From Thermodesulfovibrionales bacterium (GTDB taxonomy: Bacteria > Nitrospirota > Thermodesulfovibrionia > Thermodesulfovibrionales > SM23-35): a stretch of 64,000 nucleotides of DNA. Both the position numbers and the translations under genes were made by a program. Shown one piece after another: positions 18,493-28,246 of the stretch. Every line of letters begins with the position of its first letter. Within the stretch, counting starts at the first letter, position 1. The stretch covers positions 25,058 through 89,057 of the forward strand of contig JAVHLL010000001.1 of the NCBI GenBank assembly GCA_031082155.1. The letters run 5' to 3'. Under the pieces are notes generated by a model. That model had not been told where the DNA came from. It was given only the letters and a program-made list of their open reading frames with translations, and searched no databases.

Positions 18493-20397
18493 TCACTCCC
18501 GCCCTTTCGGGATTGATTCCAGTAGCTCCCAGCGCTCATATGCTGCGGGGATCTCTTTATCGAGTTCTGCCATCCTCGCCGTAACTGTCGGGATACTTCT
18601 TCCTTCCTGCCTGTAGAAATCGGGGTCCGCAAGTGTCTCATAAAGGCCCGCCCGCTCGGCTTCCATGGACTCGATGAGCGCAGGCAGCGCTGCGATTTCC
18701 TTTTTTTCCCTGAATGTCAGGGTGCGAAGCCGCTCCTGCTGAGGCCGGGACTTTCCGGGCTTCTCCTTCTTTTTTACCTTTTCTGTCTCTCCCGGGGATG
18801 AAATACTGCGCTGTCGAAGCCAGTCATCATACCCTCCCACATATTCTACAAGCCTTCCATCGCCTTCAAATACTATTGTGCTGGTGACGATGTTATTAAG
18901 AAACTCTCTGTCGTGGCTCACCAGGAGAACAGTGCCCTGGTATTCCATCAGCATCTCTTCCAGGAGCTCCAGGGTATCGGCGTCTAAATCGTTCGTTGGT
19001 TCATCCAGTACCAGCACATTCGAAGGCTTCGTAAAAAGCTTTGCTAAAAGCGCGCGGTTTCTCTCTCCGCCGGAAAGGACCTTTACCGGCAACCGCGATC
19101 TTTCAGGAGGGAAAAGGAAATCCGCAAGGTAGCCGATTATGTGCCTCGTCCTTCCGTTGACCGTCACGCTGTCGTATCCGTCTCCAACGTTGTCCCTGAC
19201 CGATTTTTCGTCGTCCAGCTGCGCGCGGTGCTGGTCGAAATAGGCGACTTCGAAGCGGGTACCCGTGCGCACAGAACCGCGAAGGGGCGTGATCGAGCCG
19301 AGCAAGATATTGATCAGGGTCGTTTTTCCCGAGCCGTTAGGGCCTATGATGCCAATCTTGTCGCCTCTCCTGATGACCGCTGAGAAATCGCGGATCAAAG
19401 GACTGCCCTCGTAGCTGTGGCCTATTCCTTTGATCTCAAGAACCAGCTTGCCCGACCTTTTTGCCTCGTTCAGTTTCATCTCGGCGGACCCTGTCTGTTC
19501 AAGCCTTGATAGCCGTTCCCTCCTCAACTCCTTTAATGCCCTTACCCTTCCTTCGTTGCGGGTTCGACGGGCCTTGATCCCCTGCCGTATCCAGGCCTCC
19601 TCCTGCGCCAGTTTCCTATCGAAGAGTGAGTTGTGAGCTGCCTCTGCATCGAGTTCGGCCTGTCTTCTTGCCAGGTAGGTTTTGTAATCTCCCGGCCAGT
19701 CGGTGACCCTTCCCCGGTCGAGTTCTATAATGCGCGTTGCGAGGGTCTGGAGAAACCTCCGGTCGTGGGTTATGAAGAGTATGGCACCCCGGAATTCGAG
19801 AAGAAATTCCTCAAGCCAGCTGAGCGATTCGATGTCGAGATGGTTCGTAGGTTCATCGAGAAGCAGGAGGTCAGGCTCATTCACGAGCGCCCTCGCAAGA
19901 AGAACCCTTCTTCTGAAGCCGCCGGAGAGCCCGGCAGCAGCTGCATCAGGGTCCAGCCCGAGGCGGGAAAGGACCGTCTCGACTCGCTGTTGTATCTGCC
20001 AGCCGCCAGAGGAATCGATAAGATGTTGTACCCGTTCGAGGTCCGTTATAATGCCGGGATTGTGGCCCAAGGCGAGGCCGTGGACCAGGGAGCGATATTC
20101 GGAGAGCAGTTCGACGATGTCGCCGAGCCCGTCAGAGACGATATCGAAGACCGTTCCGGTCAGGTCCCGGGGCGCTTCCTGTTCGAGGGATGCGACCCGC
20201 GAGGCTCCCGCTCTTATAATCTCGCCTGAGTCAGGGGCGAGTTCACCGCCCATGATCTTTATAAGGGTGGATTTGCCCACCCCGTTTCTGCCGACAAGGC
20301 ATACCCGTTCCCCCCGCTCTATCTGGAGGGTAACCCCATCGAGAAGCTCGGGGCCGCCGAAGGCGATCCTCACCTCTTGCAAACTCACTAATGCCAC
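18493..20397 (-). CDS. uup: ABC-F family ATPase Uup
   Basis: 634 aa with two ABC cassettes (GRNGVGKST / GPNGSGKTT, LSGG signatures). The linker FDRKLAQEEAWIRQGIKARRTRNEGRVRALKELRRER is almost identical to the E. coli Uup linker as I recall it. The C-terminus is a coiled coil. Confidence 0.9.
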   Translation of the reverse strand: MALVSLQEVRIAFGGPELLDGVTLQIERGERVCLVGRNGVGKSTLIKIMGGELAPDSGEIIRAGASRVASLEQEAPRDLTGTVFDIVSDGLGDIVELLSEYRSLVHGLALGHNPGIITDLERVQHLIDSSGGWQIQQRVETVLSRLGLDPDAAAAGLSGGFRRRVLLARALVNEPDLLLLDEPTNHLDIESLSWLEEFLLEFRGAILFITHDRRFLQTLATRIIELDRGRVTDWPGDYKTYLARRQAELDAEAAHNSLFDRKLAQEEAWIRQGIKARRTRNEGRVRALKELRRERLSRLEQTGSAEMKLNEAKRSGKLVLEIKGIGHSYEGSPLIRDFSAVIRRGDKIGIIGPNGSGKTTLINILLGSITPLRGSVRTGTRFEVAYFDQHRAQLDDEKSVRDNVGDGYDSVTVNGRTRHIIGYLADFLFPPERSRLPVKVLSGGERNRALLAKLFTKPSNVLVLDEPTNDLDADTLELLEEMLMEYQGTVLLVSHDREFLNNIVTSTIVFEGDGRLVEYVGGYDDWLRQRSISSPGETEKVKKKEKPGKSRPQQERLRTLTFREKKEIAALPALIESMEAERAGLYETLADPDFYRQEGRSIPTVTARMAELDKEIPAAYERWELLESIPKGRE

Positions 20398-20592
20398 GTT
20401 TTTAGCTTAACATTCAGTGAAATTAAATTCTCACTGGCTAACGTTTAATCGGTTTAACCCCGGTTTCGACTCAACAAAAATAGAGCTTGAATGATAAAAT
20501 ATAGTAAATATATTTATTGTTTTTTATAGATCACAGGAAAGAGCTTTGTTGTAAAACAGGTTCAAACAACAGCCGGTAAAAGTTCGGGCTTC

Positions 20593-21051
20593 TTGAACAC
20601 TATTTGTAAGGGTGAATGGGCGCAACGGGTGGGCGAAGACAAGAACAGAAAAAGCGTGCCGAACGGCAAACATGATGCGCACGATTATGATGAGGAAAAA
20701 GAAAAAATCCTTTCTGTCGCGCTCGGGAATATGGTAATGATCAACGGGAAGGTGTACGGGCTGGAGGACGATTCTGAGCCGAATGCCTTTGTGGACTGCG
20801 CATCAAAAATTTCATCGTGCAGGGCCGGCTGTTGTTCTTATGTGTTTGCCCTGACGCAGGAGGAAGTAAAAAAAGGTTTTTACCCATACAATCCTGATCG
20901 ACCTTACTACATGGCAAGGGATGCGGATGGATTTTGCCCGTATCTTGACCGTGTGACCTTTTTCTGCCGTATCCACGAGAGGCGCCCCCTGCGATGCAGG
21001 AAATATACCTGCGAGCCTAATGTCCGCGGGTTTTTACAAAGAAAGGATTGA
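20593..21051 (+). CDS. YkgJ/UPF0153-type cysteine-cluster protein
   Basis: C-x-S-K-I-S-S-C-R-A-G-C-C plus FCPYLD...FFCRIHERRPLRCRKYTC. The start is uncertain: the TTG at 20593, or an internal ATG. Confidence 0.65.
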   Translation: MNTICKGEWAQRVGEDKNRKSVPNGKHDAHDYDEEKEKILSVALGNMVMINGKVYGLEDDSEPNAFVDCASKISSCRAGCCSYVFALTQEEVKKGFYPYNPDRPYYMARDADGFCPYLDRVTFFCRIHERRPLRCRKYTCEPNVRGFLQRKD

Positions 21052-21120
21052 GTCCGCCGCGAACAGAATGGAGAATGGATTCGCGAAACAAGATTAGACG
21101 GTAAGGCTCTCAAGGGAGAG

Positions 21121-21855
21121 TTAAATGACGTTCCTCTCGAGTTCAAAGAATATCTGGAATCTGTTTGGGCGTTTCTTCGAAACGGAATAGGCAACGATCG
21201 TGTCCCCCGAATAGAACTCCTGAGTGAGGAGCAGCACAGGAAACCCATTCGCCCCGATGATTCCGCTTTGCTCTTCAGTAAGATAGGTGATGTCAATATA
21301 ATTCCTGACTCTGGTGACTCTTATCCCGTATTTTTTTTCGAAGAGTTCAAAGAGAGACCGGTGCTCGATGTCGTCTTCTAACAGGAGGGGACAGACATGA
21401 TAAGGGACATAGATTTCCTGAAGAATAACGGGTTCCTCCCGGACTTTCCAGAGTTTCTTGATGTAAATAAGATGCTTGTCAGGAGTGATGTCAAGCTTTA
21501 CGTCGAGGCCGTCGACAGGCATCATGACTGTCCTGACAAGGACCTCGGATGTGGGCTCTTCATCATAGTCGAGGAGCAGTTCTTTCATGCTCGCATGCAT
21601 GGGGAATCCTTCGGAGAAAGCATTCCTTTTAATGAAAGTCCCTTTTCCCTGCTGCCGTTTTAAATATCCCTGCCTGGTGAGTTCAAGCACGGCTGTTCTT
21701 ACTGTTGCCCTGCTGACATTGAAAATCTTGCAGAGCTCTCCTTCGGTTGGAATCTGGGAGCCCACCTGCCATTCATTGGTCTCGATCTTTTTCTTGATTA
21801 TTTCGTAGACCTGGAGATAAAGTTTCTGATGGTCTTCTCTGTCAATTAATTCCAT
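21121..21855 (-). CDS. GntR-family regulator with UTRA effector domain, paralog 1
   Basis: MELIDREDHQKLYLQVYEIIKKKIETNEWQVGSQIPTEGELCKIFNVSRATVRTAVLELTRQGYLKRQQGKGTF is a winged-HTH GntR domain. The C-terminal half is UTRA-like. RBS AAGAGGAAA. It is divergent from the SulP gene. Confidence 0.9.
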   Translation of the reverse strand: MELIDREDHQKLYLQVYEIIKKKIETNEWQVGSQIPTEGELCKIFNVSRATVRTAVLELTRQGYLKRQQGKGTFIKRNAFSEGFPMHASMKELLLDYDEEPTSEVLVRTVMMPVDGLDVKLDITPDKHLIYIKKLWKVREEPVILQEIYVPYHVCPLLLEDDIEHRSLFELFEKKYGIRVTRVRNYIDITYLTEEQSGIIGANGFPVLLLTQEFYSGDTIVAYSVSKKRPNRFQIFFELERNVI

Positions 21856-21900
21856 TTGATGTTTCCTCTTTGAGGTTAAAATTCAGGAGTTTCCATAAAA

Positions 21901-21920
21901 ATAATAAAGTTATTACAAAC
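21901..21920. promoter_or_regulatory. candidate GntR operator palindrome
   Basis: ATAATAA-AG-TTATTACAAAC. It matches 57254-57273 upstream of GntR paralog 4 at 17 of 20 positions, and the two sites share the exact 11-mer GTTATTACAAA. Confidence 0.35.
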
Positions 21921-22126
21921 CATTAAATATAATAATGATATGCTTTTATCTTGTCAATTGAATTATTATTATAGAGTTTTATATGACATTATATAAAAAA
22001 TACATTTCAACCAATTAATATTAAAGGATTTATTGAATTATTGGGTGTTATCGGAATAAGTGCAGGGTTTTCTGTTCATCTTTAATCTTCAGCAAGAAAA
22101 AAACCTTGCATAAAAATTAGATAATG

Positions 22127-22160
22127 ATGTTATAATTATTCGGTTTTATTCTTATAACAT
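22127..22160. promoter_or_regulatory. inverted repeat upstream of the SulP gene
   Basis: ATGTTATAA-N16-TTATAACAT, about 80-110 nt upstream of the SulP ATG, in a 382-bp very AT-rich divergent intergenic region. Confidence 0.3.
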
Positions 22161-22237
22161 TATTTCATTTAAATTTGTTTTCACCATTTTTTTGAATATG
22201 CAATATTATATATTGGATCAATAAAGGAGAGAAGATC

Positions 22238-24367
22238 ATGTTGCAACACGTGTTCCCTTTTCTGGAATGGCTGAAAGGCTACAGATTCGACAAATTAAAG
22301 GCTGACGGAATAGCAGGGTTGACTGTTGCGTTGGTCCTTATCCCTCAATCCATGGCGTATGCCCAACTGGCAGGATTGCCCTCCTATTATGGATTGTATG
22401 CAGCATTCCTCCCTCCCATGGTGGCTGCGTTATTCGGTTCCAGCAGGCAGCTTGCAACAGGTCCTGTTGCGGTTGTTTCTCTCATGACCTCGGCGTCTTT
22501 AAGCCCGCTTGCTACTCAGGGAAGCGAAAGCTATATTGGATACGCGATTCTGCTCGCCTTAATTGTGGGATTGTTTCAGTTTCTTTTAGGTGTCCTGAGA
22601 CTCGGCCTGGTCGTGAATTTTCTCTCTCACCCTGTTGTGAATGGCTTTACCAATGCTGCCGCCCTGATTATTGCCACTTCTCAATTGTCGAAGATGTTCG
22701 GAGTATCCGTTGATAATGCAGAGCATCATTACGAGACCATCATGCGGGTTATTCAGGCGGCAATACATTATACACACTGGCCGACGCTGATTATGGGCAT
22801 TGGTGCGTTTGCACTAATGTTCATATTGAAAAAGATTTCTCCCAAAATCCCCAATGTCCTTGTCGCGGTTGCGATCACCACAGTTATTTCATGGGCGATA
22901 GGATTCGAACACAATGCCACGGTTGATATCACAAGAATCGAGTCTCCAAAAGCAAAAGAACTCATCACAAACTTTAATAGAACCCAGGAAGAAATTTCAG
23001 CGCTCGCCAAACAACGGACAGAGATTACCAATCAACTCGAAACACTCAAGGGGAGCAAGGATAAAATACCGTTTCTCAATGTGAAATTGAATGAAGAAGT
23101 GATAAACACCCAACTGGAAGAGCGGAAAGCAACAGAGGTATCTCAGCGGAGCGAGATACGGGACCTGCTCTTCTCAGGGGTCAAGCAGCCCGACGGCTCC
23201 CTGACTTTTTATCTGAAGGATGAAGTACCCCAGAATGTAGTTACTGACGACAGCGTATGGCGCATCAGAGTCGGGAACAAACCGATAGATGAGAATTCCC
23301 TGCAGCTGAAAAGCGGCGGCGCTGTGGTCGGAAAAGTCCCTGAAGGACTTCCCTCTTTTACAATCCCGACCATAACGGTAAAAAGTATTCTCCATCTCCT
23401 GCCGTATGCGATAATTATTTCCCTGCTGGGGTTCATGGAAGCGATCTCGATTGCAAAAGCCCTTGCCGGAAAAACAGGACAGCGGCTGGACCCTAATCAG
23501 GAATTGATAGGCCAGGGGTTGGCGAATATGCTTGGTTCTGTCGGGAAAAGCTATCCGGTTTCCGGTTCTTTTTCCCGTTCGGCGGTCAATTTTCAGGCAG
23601 GAGGACTCACCGGGCTTTCGAGTGTGTTTACAAGCCTTGCGGTATTGATTGCGCTGTTGTTTTTTACCCCGCTGCTTTATCATCTCCCACAGTCTGTGTT
23701 GGCGGCAGTCATCATGATGGCGGTTATCGGCCTCCTGAATGTTTCGGGCTTCATCCATGCCTGGAAGGCGCAGAAGTACGACGGGATAATCTCCGTTATA
23801 TCGTTTGTTGCCACCTTAGTCTTTGCTCCTCACCTTGACAAGGGTATTATGATTGGCGTTGCGCTCTCTCTTTCGGTATTCTTATATAAGAGCATGAAGA
23901 CGAAAATATCCCTGTTGTCAAGGCATGAAGACAAATCGCTTCGCTGCATAGATACCCACGGTCTGCAGGAATGCGAGCATATCGCGGTGATGAGATTCGA
24001 AGGCCCGCTGTTCTTTGCGAATGCAAGTTATCTTGAAGACAGCGTCAGGGGGATTATGCTGACAAAAAAGAAATTGAAACATATTGTCCTCCTCGCAAAC
24101 GGCGTAAATGAGATGGATGCCTCGGGCGAGGAAACCTTGTCGCTGCTTGTAGACCGGGTCAGAAGCGCGGGGATGGATATATCCCTGGCAGAAGTGAATG
24201 AAGCGGTCCTGAAAGTTCTCAGACGGACCCATCTGCTGGAAAAGATCGGACAGGACCATGTCCATCCAACCCTTGACCAGGCAATAAGCAGTGTTTATTC
24301 TGTTGCCCATCGGGAAACGACTGAGCAGCAATGTCCTCTTATGGCTGTATGCAGGCTGGAGACTTAA
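22238..24367 (+). CDS. SulP-family anion transporter with STAS domain and a ~130-aa inserted soluble segment
   Basis: The N-terminus reads DGIAGLTVALVLIPQSMAYAQLAGLP..YGLY. The C-terminal STAS region reads VMRFEGPLFFANASYLED...DASGEETL. A charged, coiled-coil-like insert (ITRIESPKAKELITNF...SLQLKSGG) sits before the conserved VPEGLPSF segment. Confidence 0.88.
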   Translation: MLQHVFPFLEWLKGYRFDKLKADGIAGLTVALVLIPQSMAYAQLAGLPSYYGLYAAFLPPMVAALFGSSRQLATGPVAVVSLMTSASLSPLATQGSESYIGYAILLALIVGLFQFLLGVLRLGLVVNFLSHPVVNGFTNAAALIIATSQLSKMFGVSVDNAEHHYETIMRVIQAAIHYTHWPTLIMGIGAFALMFILKKISPKIPNVLVAVAITTVISWAIGFEHNATVDITRIESPKAKELITNFNRTQEEISALAKQRTEITNQLETLKGSKDKIPFLNVKLNEEVINTQLEERKATEVSQRSEIRDLLFSGVKQPDGSLTFYLKDEVPQNVVTDDSVWRIRVGNKPIDENSLQLKSGGAVVGKVPEGLPSFTIPTITVKSILHLLPYAIIISLLGFMEAISIAKALAGKTGQRLDPNQELIGQGLANMLGSVGKSYPVSGSFSRSAVNFQAGGLTGLSSVFTSLAVLIALLFFTPLLYHLPQSVLAAVIMMAVIGLLNVSGFIHAWKAQKYDGIISVISFVATLVFAPHLDKGIMIGVALSLSVFLYKSMKTKISLLSRHEDKSLRCIDTHGLQECEHIAVMRFEGPLFFANASYLEDSVRGIMLTKKKLKHIVLLANGVNEMDASGEETLSLLVDRVRSAGMDISLAEVNEAVLKVLRRTHLLEKIGQDHVHPTLDQAISSVYSVAHRETTEQQCPLMAVCRLET

Positions 24368-24386
24368 ATTTCATGGAGGGAGCAAA

Positions 24387-25613
24387 ATGTCAATTATAAC
24401 AGTATTTGCAGGGAACTACTGTAATGAAGAAACCGCAATAAAGGAAATTCTCAAGCAGACAAGCTACAGGCATCTGACTGACGCTGATATCATTGCAAAA
24501 GCGACCGGCCTGTCGAACCTTTCTGAAAGCAAAATAACCAGGGCTTTTTCAGCAAAGACGTCTGTTTTCAATCAATTCACCCATGAAAAAGAACGTGCCA
24601 TTACATATCTTAAACTTGCCACAGCAGAATTATTCGCGGAACATAAGGACAAAATTCTTCTTACAGGGTTTACAAGTATCCTGGTGCCGGCAACAATAAG
24701 GCATGCCTTGAGAATTTGCCTTATCGCGGATATGAAGCACAGGGTTTCCGTAGCGTCTTCTTCAGGAATGTCCGAAAGTGAAGCGCTCAAACTTATCCAT
24801 AAGGGCGATGAAGAAAGAATGCTCTGGACACAAAGCGTTCTGGAGAAAGACGATCCCTGGGATGCCTCGATTTACGACATGGTATTGCCTTCCGATAAGA
24901 TGTCGTTTACGGAAATAGCAGATTTAGTAGGAAAGACTTTAGGCAAAGATATCCTGAAAGCTTCGCGTGCCAGTGAAAAATCAATCGAAGATTTTCTCCT
25001 GGCAGCGAGGGTTGGAACCGCATTGGCGAAAGAAGGACACTTTATCACCGCAGAGGCGGATGCGGGTGCAGTCACTCTCACAATCAATAAACATGTGCTG
25101 CTGTTACAGCGTCTTGAGGAAGAACTCCGGGCATTAGCTGTCAAGGTCCCTGGGGTAAAGTCAGTTTCAACAAAAGTAGGCAAGAAATTCTATCAGGCTG
25201 ATGTGTACAGAAAGTACGACCTTGAAAATCCTTCTAAACTGCTTCTTGTTGATGATGAGCGACAGTTTGTACAGACGTTGTCCGACAGATTACGCTTGCG
25301 GGAGATTGGTTCTGTCGTTGCATATGACGGTGAAAGCGCCCTCGATTTAATCAAGGAAGAAGAGCCCGATGTCATGATTCTGGACCTGAAAATGCCGGGG
25401 ATTGACGGCCTTGAGGTCCTGAAACGGGTAAAACAGACAAGCCCGAATATCGAAGTCATTATCCTCACCGGACAGGGCTCGGAGGCAGACAGAAAATTAT
25501 GTATGGAACTGGGGGCTTTTGCGTATCTCGAAAAACCGGTAGATGTGAATCTGCTCAGCGAGACCATTAAGAAAGCCAACGAAAAAATAAGGCAAAGCAG
25601 GGAGAATACCTAA
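24387..25613 (+). CDS. cytidylate-kinase-like (degenerate P-loop) + BON-like + receiver (REC) fusion protein
   Basis: The start is moved to ATG 24387 (RBS GGAGGGAG). The N-terminal ~200 aa follow the Cytidylate_kin2-like pattern, but the P-loop reads FAGNYCNEE. The middle has a BON-like GAVTLTINKH...VPGVKSVSTKV segment. The C-terminus is a REC domain (LLLVDDE...VMILDLKMPGIDG...YLEKP). Confidence 0.75.
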   Translation: MSIITVFAGNYCNEETAIKEILKQTSYRHLTDADIIAKATGLSNLSESKITRAFSAKTSVFNQFTHEKERAITYLKLATAELFAEHKDKILLTGFTSILVPATIRHALRICLIADMKHRVSVASSSGMSESEALKLIHKGDEERMLWTQSVLEKDDPWDASIYDMVLPSDKMSFTEIADLVGKTLGKDILKASRASEKSIEDFLLAARVGTALAKEGHFITAEADAGAVTLTINKHVLLLQRLEEELRALAVKVPGVKSVSTKVGKKFYQADVYRKYDLENPSKLLLVDDERQFVQTLSDRLRLREIGSVVAYDGESALDLIKEEEPDVMILDLKMPGIDGLEVLKRVKQTSPNIEVIILTGQGSEADRKLCMELGAFAYLEKPVDVNLLSETIKKANEKIRQSRENT

Positions 25614-25928
25614 CCCTAAAGATTATTCATCGCGGACGCTGTTCTCATTGGAATAAATCCCCTTTGGAAAAGGGGGACGGAGGGGGTTTAAGGAAAAATA
25701 ATGCTGCTTTTTATTTATGAAATCTCCCCGCTTCCCACCGTGCCAAAGAGGAGCCGTCCATCCCGGAAAAATCACCTCTGCAGGGATACCAATTATGCTG
25801 ATGCTCGTGCAGAGGGGAATTCCCTTTCATGTTGTATAAGGCTTCAATTGCTTTCTCCCCTCCACAACGAATAGAATGAAAGAATAGGACGATATTACCG
25901 ATACTCAGCGGATTTTAGTCATGATTCC

Positions 25929-28235
25929 ATGAAAGACGAAGAGAAGAAAAAATTGCCGCGCAAGAAAACTGCTGCAAGAAGCTCGCGAAAAAAGGTCAAA
26001 TGCTGGGAAGTTTTCGACTGTAAAGAGAAGGCATGCCCTGCATATAAGTCGAGTAACACCAGGTGCTGGTTATTTTCAGGAACCCACTGCCGGAGCGAGA
26101 TACAGGGTGAATTCATCGAGAAGATGGAACTCTGCACCCATTGTAGTGTTTTTCAGGAGAATATTGACCTGAACGCAATGACCAAGACCCTGAACACGAT
26201 TGACGAGCAATTCAGAGAATACAAGGGCATAGTACAGTCCCGCGATAGAGAACTTGAAGGGATGAGCATGGAACTGGCGCTGAGTCTCTCAGAAGTATTC
26301 GAGGCGCTCAAGAAGATCTCGTCAGGGGACCCCACGGTGAGGATACCGGAAGAATCTTCCATTGAACTGATAAACAGACTCAAGCATATTGTGAATCTTA
26401 CTGCCAGGGAGATCGGCGAGATCGTGGATCAGTCTCACGAATTTGCCATTGTGCTTGCAGAGCATTTCGATATATTGCATAAAGTATCAAAGGGTGATCT
26501 GAGCGCCCGCGTATTCGGAGAATCCCAGGTTGAGCTCCTCGAGTCCCTGAAAAGGGTCACGAATGAAACAATCGAAAGCATTTCGAACGAGATTACAAAA
26601 AGAAAACAGGCAGAAACAGAGCTGCTGCAGGCATATGATAATCTTGAACAGCGCGTAAGGGAACGGACTTCTGAACTGCGGGTCATTAATGAGAGACTGT
26701 GGCATGAAATAGCAGAACGGAAAAGAGCTGAAGAAAATCTCAGAGAGGCAGAGCTGCGTTATCGTACTATCGCAGATTTTACCCATGACTGGGAATATTG
26801 GGAATCGCCCGACAAAACGCTGCGCTATGTGTCCCCTGCGAGTGAACGGATAACGGGGCATAAAGCGTCTGAGTTTCTCGAAAACCCCGGTCTTCTTGAC
26901 GACATTATTTATCCGGAAGACAAAGAAATTTGGGCGTCCCATCACCATGAAGCGCTTCATGAGACTGACCTGCATGATATCACATTCCGTATCACCAGGA
27001 AGGACGGAACAGTCTGCTGGATTGAACATGTCTGTCAGCCGGTAATTGATAGCGGAGGGAATTTTCTTGGGGTGCGGGCGAGTAACCGGAATATCACTAT
27101 GCGCAAAAAAGCAGAGGAAAAACTCAGGGATGCGCTTTCCCTTCTCAGTACTACTCTTGAATCAACTGCCGACGGTATTCTTGTAGTAGACATGAACAGA
27201 AAAATAGTGAGCTTTAACCAGAAATTTCTCCATATGTGGAACATCCTGAAGCCCTTGACAGAGGAGACTGATTTCGATCATATCTTAACGCATATTCGCG
27301 GGCAGTTAAGAGACCCTGACAATTTTCTGCAACGGGTCAGGGAATTGTATTCCCAGGATGAAAAAGAGGCCTCCGATGTCCTGGAGTTCCTGGATGACAG
27401 GTTTTTCGAGTACTATTCTCACCCCCAGAGAATTGGTGATACCATCATAGGGCGGGTATGGAGTTTCCGTGATATTACTGAACGGAAAAGAACCGAGAAA
27501 GCGCTTCGGGAGTCAGAACAGCTGCTCCTCCAGGCCCATAAAATGGAAGCCATCGGCCGGCTTGCAGCCGGTATTGCGCATGAGATCAATAACCCGCTCG
27601 CAATTATTAATGAAAAGGCCGGCCTGATAAAAGATTTTCTCGAGTTCTCCGGGGACCTTGAACACGACAAGGAAAAATTCCTTGGTTTGATCCAGGGGAT
27701 TTTTGAAGGGGTGAATCGTTGCCGGACTATCACCCACCGCCTCCTGGGGTTTTCAAGGCGGGTAGATGTATCATATAATACGATTGATCTGAACAATACG
27801 ATAAAAGAGGTAATCGAATTTATTGAAAAGGAGATCCTGTACAAAAATATCCGTTTAGAGATGACACTGCGGGAAGACATCCCCGAAATCATTTCTGATA
27901 AAGGACAGCTCCAGCAGGTTTTTCTCAATATCCTGAATAATGCTATGGATGCTGTTGATAAGGGGGGGCTCATAAAAGTCATATCAGGGGTAAAGGATGA
28001 AGAAACTCTGACCGTTTCAATTCAGGATAACGGACACGGAATTCCGGAACATATATCGAAGCACATTTTTGAACCGTTCTATACAACCAAGGACAAGGGA
28101 AGAGGGACCGGGCTTGGCTTGTCGATTTCCTATGGCATTATACGGAAACTGGGTGGTAATATTCTCGTAAAAAGTGCAGTCAACCAGGGAACGACATTTA
28201 CCATTGAGGTTCCTGTAAAAGCCAAAACTGATTAA
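25929..28235 (+). CDS. sensor histidine kinase with N-terminal Cys-rich 'two-CW' module, HAMP-like repeats and PAS domains
   Basis: The N-terminus reads KCWEVFDCKEKACPAYKSSNTRCWLFSGTHCRSE...CTHCSVF. Two PAS regions follow. The H-box is AAGIAHEINNPLAIINE, the N-box NILNNAMDA, G1 DNGHGI and G2 GTGLGLS. Confidence 0.9.
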   Translation: MKDEEKKKLPRKKTAARSSRKKVKCWEVFDCKEKACPAYKSSNTRCWLFSGTHCRSEIQGEFIEKMELCTHCSVFQENIDLNAMTKTLNTIDEQFREYKGIVQSRDRELEGMSMELALSLSEVFEALKKISSGDPTVRIPEESSIELINRLKHIVNLTAREIGEIVDQSHEFAIVLAEHFDILHKVSKGDLSARVFGESQVELLESLKRVTNETIESISNEITKRKQAETELLQAYDNLEQRVRERTSELRVINERLWHEIAERKRAEENLREAELRYRTIADFTHDWEYWESPDKTLRYVSPASERITGHKASEFLENPGLLDDIIYPEDKEIWASHHHEALHETDLHDITFRITRKDGTVCWIEHVCQPVIDSGGNFLGVRASNRNITMRKKAEEKLRDALSLLSTTLESTADGILVVDMNRKIVSFNQKFLHMWNILKPLTEETDFDHILTHIRGQLRDPDNFLQRVRELYSQDEKEASDVLEFLDDRFFEYYSHPQRIGDTIIGRVWSFRDITERKRTEKALRESEQLLLQAHKMEAIGRLAAGIAHEINNPLAIINEKAGLIKDFLEFSGDLEHDKEKFLGLIQGIFEGVNRCRTITHRLLGFSRRVDVSYNTIDLNNTIKEVIEFIEKEILYKNIRLEMTLREDIPEIISDKGQLQQVFLNILNNAMDAVDKGGLIKVISGVKDEETLTVSIQDNGHGIPEHISKHIFEPFYTTKDKGRGTGLGLSISYGIIRKLGGNILVKSAVNQGTTFTIEVPVKAKTD

Positions 28236-28246
28236 GGAGGATCATT

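Noticed and set aside
19633-20410. 198-aa and 235-aa plus-strand ORFs.
   Set aside because: They are antisense to uup, which has unambiguous ABC-F motifs. Their Arg/Ser/Pro-rich composition is typical of the reverse frame of a GC-richer gene.
25655-25700. A small hairpin CCCCTTT-GGA-AAAGGGG within G-rich sequence that translates to PFGKGGRRGF-like peptides.
   Set aside because: It resembles short GC-rich intergenic repeat elements that give spurious tiny ORFs in many genomes. There is only one copy in this window and no U-tract, so I could not support a functional call.
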